A stretch of 64,000 nucleotides of DNA from Patescibacteria group bacterium (lineage in GTDB: Bacteria > Patescibacteriota > Patescibacteriia > Patescibacteriales > UBA12465). The notes beneath the pieces are model-generated. The model searched no databases and was not told the DNA's origin. It saw only the letters and a list, made by a program, of their open reading frames with translations. The stretch lies in NCBI GenBank assembly GCA_041651355.1, contig JBAZJK010000001.1, positions 683,888 through 747,887 on the forward strand. Direction: 5' to 3'. Both the position numbers and the translations under genes were made by a program. The number at the start of each line of letters is the position of its first letter. The first letter of the stretch is position 1. This document shows positions 1-8,534 of this stretch, piece by piece.

Positions 1-745
1 GCAAGCCAATAGCAATGTCGGAAGTAATATGTTCGGAACCGATTGGCAAAATAGCCGTATGGATCAAGGTCCTTTCTTCATAAACAGCTAGCGAGGTGGT
101 CGAAGACCCGATATTAACCAAAGCCACCCCCAGCTCCTTCTGCTTTGAGCTTAAAACTGCCTCAGCCGCGGCTAAGGGAGCCAAAACCAAATCCTCAATC
201 TCTAAACCGGTCCGATATATAGCCTTAGTTAGATTTTTAATCTGCGTACTTAAGCCTTGGACTATTAAAGTTTCCACTTCCAGCCGGATGCCACTCATGC
301 CAATCGGATCTTTGATGTCAGCCTGATTATCAACCGCGAATTTAACCGGCAAAACATGGAGTATTTCGTAATTGACCGGCACGGCTAAGGCTCTGGCGGC
401 TTCGACAGCACGCTCCACGTCATTATGGCTTATTTCGCCGTCGCTTTTAGAAACGGCTACCACGCCTTTGTTGCGCTCGCACTTGATATAAGGATCATTT
501 ATGCTAACCCAAACGCTAGAAATAGGCACGCCAATTAAACGCTCCGCCTTTTCCAAACAAGCAGAAATAGAAGAAGTTGCCTCCTCGATGCTATTGACTA
601 TTCCTTTACTAACGCCAGCGGTCGGCACAGACACAGCGCCAATAATCTGTAATTCATCACCAGCCAAACCGGAAACCTGTTGGCCGATAACTAAACGGAT
701 AGAGGTTGAACCAATGTCTAAACCGGCGATAATGTCATTTTTCAT
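1..745 (-). CDS. ftsA: Cell division protein FtsA, N-terminal ~248 aa; the gene continues past the window start
   Basis: Reverse-complement translation from ATG at 745..743 reads MKNDIIAGLDIGSTSIRLVIGQ...GIVNSIEEATSSI...VALVNIGSSTTSLAVYEE, an actin-fold ATPase typical of FtsA. It is absent from the ORF track because it runs off the window edge. Confidence 0.75.
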   Translation of the reverse strand, partial: MKNDIIAGLDIGSTSIRLVIGQQVSGLAGDELQIIGAVSVPTAGVSKGIVNSIEEATSSISACLEKAERLIGVPISSVWVSINDPYIKCERNKGVVAVSKSDGEISHNDVERAVEAARALAVPVNYEILHVLPVKFAVDNQADIKDPIGMSGIRLEVETLIVQGLSTQIKNLTKAIYRTGLEIEDLVLAPLAAAEAVLSSKQKELGVALVNIGSSTTSLAVYEERTLIHTAILPIGSEHITSDIAIGL

Positions 746-851
746 AGACACTTTAATACCGAGCCGGCTTGGCCGGGTCGGTGTTTTATTTATATAAGCT
801 AATTATACTAAATTTTATAAATTTTAACAATAAAATTCTCCGCCCTGGAGG

Positions 852-1673
852 CTAGGCTCTAAGGGTCAGATAGTAGCCAATGATTGCCTGCCCGAAAAGC
901 AGGATAATTATGGCTCCAATAGCCAAAAACACACCTAAAGGCAGCTTAGAACCCCATTTTTTCCGACCGCTTATCATTAAGGCTAAGCCCACCAGGGAGC
1001 CCAGAAAATAAGAGCTAATTATCATCAGCCACCAGCTGGGCAAATCAGGAAAGATAAAACCTAATAATAAGCCTAGCCAAATATCACCTTCCCCCAGGCC
1101 GCGACGCCGCGTCACTACAAATTGGAGCCAAAAAAAGCCAGCGCTGATAAGGGCAAAAACCAAGGAACTCAGCCATCCCAAACCCAAAATAATATTTAAA
1201 ATAAAAATTATAACAGCCGCCGGCCAAATAACTAGATTGGAAATAAGATACCAGCGTAAATCATAAACCAAGACTATCATCATGGCAGCGATAATGAAAT
1301 AATCTCGACCCAAAGACAGATAAAAACGAGCTGAGCTAAGATGGAATAAGATGTCGCTTGAGGTGTAGGCGCTTAACTGCGCCCAACCACCAAAATTCTT
1401 AATACCCGCTAAGACAAATAAAACCCCTGTCAATAATTCAAGCGCTGGATACTGCCAAGAGATCCTTTTATGGCAATGACGGCAATGTCCGCCTAAAATA
1501 ATGTAACTTAGCAGCGGGATATTATCATACCAAGCGATCTGGTGCCGGCATTCCGGACAATATGAACGTCCCCAAAGGCTCTCTTCCTTATATAAGCGCC
1601 AAATCAGACAATTCAAAAAGCTGCCAATAACCAGACCGAAAACAAACATCGATAATAATAAGAAGAAAACCAT
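852..1673 (-). CDS. pilD: Type IV prepilin leader peptidase (A24 family, PilD-like)
   Basis: N-terminal CPECRHQI...GHCRHCHKRI zinc-binding Cys pairs followed by about 7 TM helices. This is the architecture of bifunctional prepilin peptidases. Confidence 0.8.
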   Translation of the reverse strand: MVFFLLLSMFVFGLVIGSFLNCLIWRLYKEESLWGRSYCPECRHQIAWYDNIPLLSYIILGGHCRHCHKRISWQYPALELLTGVLFVLAGIKNFGGWAQLSAYTSSDILFHLSSARFYLSLGRDYFIIAAMMIVLVYDLRWYLISNLVIWPAAVIIFILNIILGLGWLSSLVFALISAGFFWLQFVVTRRRGLGEGDIWLGLLLGFIFPDLPSWWLMIISSYFLGSLVGLALMISGRKKWGSKLPLGVFLAIGAIIILLFGQAIIGYYLTLRA

Positions 1674-1695
1674 AAAAATTTAAATTAATAAACTG

Positions 1696-4092
1696 TTATT
1701 TTAAATATAGTTGGCGTAAAGATTCTAAGTCCGGATTATCCGGCGACAGCTGGAGCGCTTTATTCAGATAATCAAGAGCCTTAACTTTATCTCCCGCCTC
1801 ACGATAAGAGAGACTGATAGCCAGCGGCCAAGCATAATCTCCCGGGCTGCGCCTAAAGCCTAATTCATTATAATAGACCGCCTTAACAAAATCGTGACGG
1901 AGGTAGTAAGTATCAGCGATATTTTTATAGAGAGTGAAGTCGCTGGGATTAGCTAAATAAGCCTGATGATAATGCCTGGCTGCTTCAGAATAATCGGCCC
2001 GCTGGAAATTCATATCCCCCCATTCTTTCTCTAAACGATAACGGTAAGTTAGGGCGACCTGGCGATGCTGAAAATTCATTTGCGGATCAGCTACATCGGG
2101 CATATGTTGGAGCGCTAAGCTAAAATTGTTTTCTGCCTGCGGCCAATCTTTTTTCAAACCAGCAATCCGCGCTCCGTCCAGATAGGTCTGGGGTAAATTG
2201 GGCCCTAATTTGCTAGCTGATTCCCAGTCTTTGTCGGCTTCGCTAAAATTGCCCAAGACAGCGCTCGCCTTAGACCTAGCTAATAAATTTTCATAACCCC
2301 AATCGGGTAAAACCGGAATCGCTTGGGATAATTTAATAAGGCCGAATTTCTTTACGCTTAACTCAGAGATTGATGGCCAATCGCTACTTAGTTGGTTAGC
2401 AAAGATTTGGCGGTAATAGACCTGGTTATTAGGGCTAGTACTAGTGTGAACCAAGTAGTTATCCAAAATATAAGCGGTAAAGTATTTTTTATCAAACAGA
2501 TTAAAATATAAGGCATTAAAATAATGATCGGCGATCAGGATCTTGACCTGGAAAGCCATCTGCCAAGTCGCCATGACTACCACGGCGATAGCCAGTAAAA
2601 TCTTAAGTTCTTTTTTCATTTCTCCACCTAGAATTACCTGGCGATGCTTTAATCTTTTCGATAAATTCTCTAAGCGCTGGCGGATTAGCTGCGGCCACAA
2701 ACCCGGCTCTTGGCCTGCTTGCTGATAAGAAACGTGCAAAGCCACTAAAACCGCTAACAAGGAGAAGAAATAAATGTTACCGCTGACGAAAGAAAAACCA
2801 AAAACCAAAGAAAGCAGGTAGGACAGGATGGCAAAGGCCAAGCTTTGATTAAGAAAATAATCATCCCCAATCTTCAAATTATCTTTTAACAGGCGCCAGA
2901 TGAAATAGAACAAAACCAACCAGGCACATAATCCAACGAGTCCGCCAGCCAAAAGTATGTCTAATAATAAATTATGAGCGCGATCAGTGTAGGCATTTAT
3001 ATTCCCATCCGCGCCCCATTGAGGCTGATAAGCGGCTAAAAACACTTGGGAATAATTTTCCAAGCCGTGTCCTAAAATTGGGTGCTTGGCTATCGCCGGC
3101 AGACTTATGTCCCAGAAACGCAAACGAATAGCGACACTACCTGATTGGAAGCTAAACATGGCCGATAATCTCCCGTCTGAGATCTTATTAACTCCGAAAG
3201 CCGACAAAAATATTAGAATTAGGGCAAAAATAGAGACAAGCAATTTTCGGCTTTTCGACCATTTAAGCCTGCGCCACAGATACAACAAAAAGAATAAGCC
3301 GATACTGACAAACAAGGCGACCCAGGCGGCGCGGCTAGCGGTAAAAAGCAAGCAGATGGATTGGAGAATCAGGGCTAAAGCTGGAAGAAGCTTTCGCCAC
3401 AAACCCCTGTTTTTCACTAGATAATAAAAACTAAAAGGAATGTTAATCAGGAGCCAAGAGGCTAAAAAATTAGGTTGGCCGAAAGAAGAAAAAGTCCGCC
3501 TAGTAATAAGAGGCGGTTCCGGCCAGCTTAAGAAATCCAAACCCCAGAATTGCATGATGCCATATAGGCTGACCAAGCTCGAACTAACCAGGATAGTAAT
3601 GAATAATCTCTTTAAATTCCTGTTTACCCTAGCTTTCAAGCTAAGCTCTTCCGTCTTATTCAGAAAAGAGTTATTCAGGCTTAAAATATTAAATACTAGC
3701 AAAATAAACCATAAAAAATAGAAAAGGTAATTCACTAAGCCCTCCTGGCGCGCATAAGAACCCCAAAAGCTAAGACCAATATTAGAAGAACATAAGCAAA
3801 TTAGAGCCAGCAAAGAAACAAACAAGATTGGAGCAATAAAATAACGTCCAGCCAGGCGACTAAGACTTGGCTCGGCCTTAAAAGGAGAAAAAGGATAATA
3901 AAATATTATCCTTAGTAGGCTCAGAGCAAGCAAAAAAAGAACTCCTATCCGGAAAAGCACCAATTTATCAAGTTCAAAAATATTATAGGTCGGAAACAGG
4001 ATTCCGAAATATAGAGGAACGCCAAAAACCAGGGCTAAAGCACTGACTTCGCTGAGCATATCCAAAATATCGCGTCCGAAAAATTTTTTCAT
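1696..4092 (-). CDS. Polytopic membrane protein with O-antigen ligase/Wzy_C-like core and C-terminal TPR repeats
   Basis: Multiple TM helices and a FTASRAAWVALF motif (Wzy_C-like SR motif). The C-terminal about 250 aa show TPR-like repeats (YREAGDKVKALDYLNKALQLSPDNPD...). Confidence 0.6.
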   Translation of the reverse strand: MKKFFGRDILDMLSEVSALALVFGVPLYFGILFPTYNIFELDKLVLFRIGVLFLLALSLLRIIFYYPFSPFKAEPSLSRLAGRYFIAPILFVSLLALICLCSSNIGLSFWGSYARQEGLVNYLFYFLWFILLVFNILSLNNSFLNKTEELSLKARVNRNLKRLFITILVSSSLVSLYGIMQFWGLDFLSWPEPPLITRRTFSSFGQPNFLASWLLINIPFSFYYLVKNRGLWRKLLPALALILQSICLLFTASRAAWVALFVSIGLFFLLYLWRRLKWSKSRKLLVSIFALILIFLSAFGVNKISDGRLSAMFSFQSGSVAIRLRFWDISLPAIAKHPILGHGLENYSQVFLAAYQPQWGADGNINAYTDRAHNLLLDILLAGGLVGLCAWLVLFYFIWRLLKDNLKIGDDYFLNQSLAFAILSYLLSLVFGFSFVSGNIYFFSLLAVLVALHVSYQQAGQEPGLWPQLIRQRLENLSKRLKHRQVILGGEMKKELKILLAIAVVVMATWQMAFQVKILIADHYFNALYFNLFDKKYFTAYILDNYLVHTSTSPNNQVYYRQIFANQLSSDWPSISELSVKKFGLIKLSQAIPVLPDWGYENLLARSKASAVLGNFSEADKDWESASKLGPNLPQTYLDGARIAGLKKDWPQAENNFSLALQHMPDVADPQMNFQHRQVALTYRYRLEKEWGDMNFQRADYSEAARHYHQAYLANPSDFTLYKNIADTYYLRHDFVKAVYYNELGFRRSPGDYAWPLAISLSYREAGDKVKALDYLNKALQLSPDNPDLESLRQLYLK

Positions 4093-4183
4093 AAATGGCT
4101 AGCTTAAACTATTCTGATTATAACACAAGTAAAAAAGAGCTGGTATGGCCAGCTCTTTCTATATTTAACACTATCAGACTGAA

Positions 4184-5098
4184 TTACTTACCGCGCTTAG
4201 CTTGTAATTTCTCCCAAACTACTAAAACTGGACTGGCGATGAAAATCGAGCTATAAGTACCGATAAAGATACCGATCGCTAGAGCCAAGGCGAAATCCTT
4301 GATGGTAGCACCGCCAAAAAACAAGATGGCTAATAAAGCTAAGATAGCTGATAAAGAGGTGTTAACGGAACGAGTAATAGTTTGGTTGACGCTGGCGTTA
4401 ACCGTGCCTTCAAAATCTAGGCTACTCTTGGGCAGATTCTCCCTAATACGATCAAAAACGATGATAGTATCGCTGACGCTGTAGCCCAAAACCGTTAAAA
4501 CCGCCGCGATAAAAGGAGTATTTATCTCTATGCCGTAGAAATGTCCTAAGACAGAAAAGACTCCGAGGATAAATAAAACATCATGGATCAAAGCGATAAT
4601 AGCTGCCGCGCCATATTTCCAAGAAGAAACCGGCTTGGACACCTTACGGAAGGCGTAGGATATATAAAGGATAATGACGATTAAGACTATAAAAGCAGAA
4701 TTAAAGGATTTGCTTTTAAGCTCTTGGCCGATCGAAGGACCGACAGAATCAAAGCTTAGCTCCTTGATGCTAGCATCCTTATTATTTTTAACTGCTAAAT
4801 CCTTAAGCATGCTCAATACCTGCTGATGCGCTTCCTCGTTATTTTCTTTAAAACGTAGGATAACTGAAGATTCGGTGGGTTGGATAACAAGATTGTGCAA
4901 ATTAGCATCCTTGAGACCATCCTGGATTTCGGTAATCTTGGGTTGGTAGTTCTTAAACTCTACCTCCATCAAACTACCTCCGGTGAAATCGATCCCGAAG
5001 TTAAGGCCCCAGAAAAACAGGGCACAAATCGAAGCGATGGCCGCCAGGGTAGACAGGGACAAAAAGATTTTTCTCTTTTGAATAATTTTATACACCAT
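4184..5098 (-). CDS. secF: Protein-export membrane protein SecF
   Basis: LNFGIDFTGGSLMEVEF motif and an RND-like 6-TM C-terminus, sitting directly downstream of secD. Confidence 0.85.
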   Translation of the reverse strand: MVYKIIQKRKIFLSLSTLAAIASICALFFWGLNFGIDFTGGSLMEVEFKNYQPKITEIQDGLKDANLHNLVIQPTESSVILRFKENNEEAHQQVLSMLKDLAVKNNKDASIKELSFDSVGPSIGQELKSKSFNSAFIVLIVIILYISYAFRKVSKPVSSWKYGAAAIIALIHDVLFILGVFSVLGHFYGIEINTPFIAAVLTVLGYSVSDTIIVFDRIRENLPKSSLDFEGTVNASVNQTITRSVNTSLSAILALLAILFFGGATIKDFALALAIGIFIGTYSSIFIASPVLVVWEKLQAKRGK

Positions 5099-5120
5099 AT
5101 ATTTCTTATGAATATGCGAT

Positions 5121-6734
5121 TTATTTATTTTCTCCTGATTCCAACTTCCGTCTCACCCCTAATAGCCATAGGTTTTTCTCCAAGCGCTTTCCTGCCGCTA
5201 ACAACAGGAATATCCTGGTAATAACGATAGCGCTAAACATAGAGACGGCGACACCGATAAATAAAGTGGTGCCGAAACCTTGGACTGAAGAAGTTCCGAA
5301 GAACATCAAGATGAAACAAGTTAAGATGGTCGAGACGTTGCCGTCGCGGATTGAGGGCCAAGCTCTTTTAAACGCGTTATCTAGGCCCAGACTTAAAGAC
5401 TTGCCTTCCCGTAGCTCTTCCCGAAGACGGGCAAAAATCAAGATGTTCGCGTCGACGGCAATCCCGATAGACAAGATGAAGCCGGCGACACCGGATAAGG
5501 ACAGGGTGACTGGCTTTAAAGCGTAAAAGAACAATAAGATGCCCACCACCACGAACAAAAGGGACATGACGCCATTAAATAATTTCAATTCATTAAAAGT
5601 ATAGAACATGAGACTGACCATCAGGGCCACAATAATCAAGGCAAACCAGACTGGCAGGGCTTTAAATATCGCCAATACGGTCAAACCGTAAACCAATAAA
5701 GAAATAACGGACAAGAAGCCTGGTAAACGATAATATAAGATCATGAACAAAGACACAAGAAGTAAACCGATCAAACCGGCTTTCAAACTATTATCGATTG
5801 ACTTAGAACCCAAACTTGCTTCGACCGTCTTCTGGGATACCAAAGAAATAGGTACTGGCAGAGCTCCGGAATTCAAACGCTTAACCAACATCTTAGCCTC
5901 ATCGGTAGAAAACTTGCCGGAAATGACCGCCTGCCCCCCGGTAATCTTATCATTAACGGTGGGAGAACTAATCAAATATCCATCCAAAAAGATCGCTACC
6001 GGTTTGCCAATATTACGACCAGTAATATCTTCGAATAATTTAGAACCATCATTATCAAATTCCAAAGATACTTCCGGGCTGCCATCCTGACCATTAAAAG
6101 TCAGGTTGGCCCGCTTCAAATTCTTTCCAGTTAACTCTGTATTTTTCCAAGAGGCATTTAGATTAAGATTGACCGGAGTGGCCGTCGCTTGGCCATCTTT
6201 TCCAGGAGTAACTTCTACTGGCTGAGCCGCTATCTCGCCCTGTTCCTTGAATTCAAGCAAAGGAGTCTCGCCGATGCTCTTGATCGCTTCTTTGACATCC
6301 TTCACTCCAGCTAATTCAACGATGATTCGGTATTCGTTGTTAATTCCGCGATTAACCTGTACCAAGGGCTCGCTAACACCAAAAGCGTTCACCCTTCTCT
6401 CAATAACATCGCGAGAAGCGTCAAGGGCTCCTTGGCGATCACTTTCTGGAATATTACTCACATCGGCCTTGTAGACCAGATGGGTACCACCTTGCAAGTC
6501 TAAACCCAGACTGAAAGGCAGGTCCTTGACCTTCGGCAAAACCACGATATGGTTAGTTTTCTTAGCTAACCAGTCTTGCATCCGGTTATAATAAGGGGCA
6601 CCGCTAGCCAAACCGACCATGATGGCAAAAATGAAAATAACCGCCAAAATCCACCAAGATTTGGCGCGAACAGACATTTTAGAGATTCTTTCTCCGATCG
6701 ACATAAGTTTGAAATTTAGTATATGAAACTCCAT
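5121..6734 (-). CDS. secD: Protein-export membrane protein SecD
   Basis: LGLDLQGGTHLVYKAD periplasmic domain motif and a C-terminal RND-type TM bundle. Confidence 0.85.
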   Translation of the reverse strand: MEFHILNFKLMSIGERISKMSVRAKSWWILAVIFIFAIMVGLASGAPYYNRMQDWLAKKTNHIVVLPKVKDLPFSLGLDLQGGTHLVYKADVSNIPESDRQGALDASRDVIERRVNAFGVSEPLVQVNRGINNEYRIIVELAGVKDVKEAIKSIGETPLLEFKEQGEIAAQPVEVTPGKDGQATATPVNLNLNASWKNTELTGKNLKRANLTFNGQDGSPEVSLEFDNDGSKLFEDITGRNIGKPVAIFLDGYLISSPTVNDKITGGQAVISGKFSTDEAKMLVKRLNSGALPVPISLVSQKTVEASLGSKSIDNSLKAGLIGLLLVSLFMILYYRLPGFLSVISLLVYGLTVLAIFKALPVWFALIIVALMVSLMFYTFNELKLFNGVMSLLFVVVGILLFFYALKPVTLSLSGVAGFILSIGIAVDANILIFARLREELREGKSLSLGLDNAFKRAWPSIRDGNVSTILTCFILMFFGTSSVQGFGTTLFIGVAVSMFSAIVITRIFLLLAAGKRLEKNLWLLGVRRKLESGENK

Positions 6735-6820
6735 TAATCTTAAAAGAAAAGAAAATAAAAATCAAGCACAAAAACATCAAAAATAAGGGGAAAATAATAA
6801 AAAATGGAGATTGTCAATAT

Positions 6821-6851
6821 TTAAAAAAGCTGCCAGTTTAATACTGACAGC
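6821..6851 (-). terminator. Rho-independent terminator between the hutH-like gene and secD
   Basis: Minus-strand hairpin ggctgtcag-tattaaa-ctggcagc followed by a T tract. Confidence 0.4.
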
Positions 6852-6873
6852 CTTAAAAAATTTCAAAGAACAA

Positions 6874-8532
6874 TTATAAAATACTCAGCAATTCATCACC
6901 CTTCATCAATTTGAGCATTTCTTCGGTGTCCAGGGACAACATCCGGTCATCATCCATGGCTTTAATGTGTTTACGGATAAGCGAATAGGCAGCCCCGGTC
7001 ACCTCGCCCAAAGTATCGCAACCATGAACAGCCAACTCTTTCTCAGTTAAGGAAATGCCCTGGCAAGCAGCCAATATTTCACAGGCGATAACAAAACGGG
7101 AGTTGGCTAAAACCTTGTGGGCGTGACGCGCAGAAATCGTGCTCATGCTAACGTAATCCTCCTGATTGGCCGAGGTTGGGACAGAATCAACCACTGAAGG
7201 ATGACACAGCACCTTGTTCTCGCTAACCATTGCGGCTGTCGAGTACTGCAGGATCATGAAACCCGTATTCAAATCCTGGTGGGTCAAACCGGCCAAATCA
7301 CTGGGCAGACCATAACTGGTGCCGGTCATGGTTAAGGCATAAATACGGCGATCGGAAATGTTTGCCAGCTGCTGCAGGGCGATTTTCAAAAAATCCATGG
7401 CTTGCCCCAAAGGTTCACCATGAAAATTACCACCGGACAAAGCTTCGAAACCGCCATCAGGTTTAGGGAATATCAAGGGGTTATCAGTGGCAGCGTTGAT
7501 TTCATCGGTAAAAACACGTTGAGCATATTTAAAAGCTTCATAAGCGCTACCGGCTACCGGCGGATACGCCCGGAAAGAATAAGCATCCTGAACGCGTGGC
7601 ACCGGCTTTCCGCCTTCATCATACTTTTTAGTATGAGCGTCAACTTCTGCTTTCAGAGGCACATCTTGTGATGCTTTCGTCATTCTCTTTGAACCAGCAG
7701 TAAAACGTAAGATGGTTTTAGCGATTTTAGCCGCTCCCTGATGATTGCGGGCACCGATCAATCTCTCATCAAAGGCTGCTTTTTCACCTCTGATGGCTTC
7801 CAAAGACAAAGCGGCGGCCAGATCCGAAAACTTAAACAATTTTTCCGCGTCATAAATCGCCAGTAACCCTAAAGCCAGGGTAAAAGTTGCGCCATTTGTC
7901 AGCCCCATTGCTTCTTTAGCCCTGAGAACCAAAGGTTTGATTTTGTGAAGTTTCATAGCTTCAGGGGCTGAACAAATAGTCAGAAAGGAGTCATCATCTT
8001 CTGCCCAAACATCCTGTCCGGGCAAACCGGTTAGAGCAGCAGCCACATGGGCTAAGGGGGCAAGATCGCCGCTTGAGCCAACCGAACCCTGCTCCGGTAC
8101 ACAGGGGATTACACCTTTGTTGTAGAATTCCAGAATTTTTTCACAGGTTTCCAGGCGCATACCCGAACAACCGGTAGCGAAAGAATTGACCCTTAATATC
8201 ATCGCAGCCCTGACAACCTCTTCCGGAAAATAATCCCCGGTTTGGACGCAATGAGCTGGGATATAATGCTTTTGATAAGCATCGATTGTTTCGGTGGGCA
8301 GAATCGTACCTTTCTTGATACCACATCCGGTATTGACTCCGTAAATGATGTCACCGGCAGCGATTCTTTCTTCTAAGCCGGCCCGCTGTTTTGTAATTCT
8401 TTCTTTTGCATCATCCGATAAGGTCACTACCGGATAAAGATGATCGCCAGTTTCGTCGACGTAGCCGCGAGCAATCAAAACAACCTCTTCCAAGGTCAGA
8501 GTGCTGCCCGTAATAATAACTTGTTTTTCCAT
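6874..8532 (-). CDS. hutH: Aromatic amino-acid ammonia-lyase family protein, most likely histidine ammonia-lyase (HutH-like); the MIO triad reads Ser-Ser-Gly
   Basis: Family-wide similarity: GSVGSSGDLAPLAHVAAALTG, GGNFHGEPLGQAMDFLKIALQQLANISDRRIYAL and NPLIF. A urocanase gene is adjacent. Confidence 0.8.
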   Translation of the reverse strand: MEKQVIITGSTLTLEEVVLIARGYVDETGDHLYPVVTLSDDAKERITKQRAGLEERIAAGDIIYGVNTGCGIKKGTILPTETIDAYQKHYIPAHCVQTGDYFPEEVVRAAMILRVNSFATGCSGMRLETCEKILEFYNKGVIPCVPEQGSVGSSGDLAPLAHVAAALTGLPGQDVWAEDDDSFLTICSAPEAMKLHKIKPLVLRAKEAMGLTNGATFTLALGLLAIYDAEKLFKFSDLAAALSLEAIRGEKAAFDERLIGARNHQGAAKIAKTILRFTAGSKRMTKASQDVPLKAEVDAHTKKYDEGGKPVPRVQDAYSFRAYPPVAGSAYEAFKYAQRVFTDEINAATDNPLIFPKPDGGFEALSGGNFHGEPLGQAMDFLKIALQQLANISDRRIYALTMTGTSYGLPSDLAGLTHQDLNTGFMILQYSTAAMVSENKVLCHPSVVDSVPTSANQEDYVSMSTISARHAHKVLANSRFVIACEILAACQGISLTEKELAVHGCDTLGEVTGAAYSLIRKHIKAMDDDRMLSLDTEEMLKLMKGDELLSIL

Positions 8533-8534
8533 GG

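Noticed and set aside
3086-3721. Plus-strand ORFs 3086..3424 and 3440..3721, and other short ORFs antisense to annotated genes
   Set aside because: They lie entirely within the minus-strand Wzy_C/TPR gene, are Lys/Arg-rich low-complexity translations of AT-rich antisense sequence, and lack start contexts.
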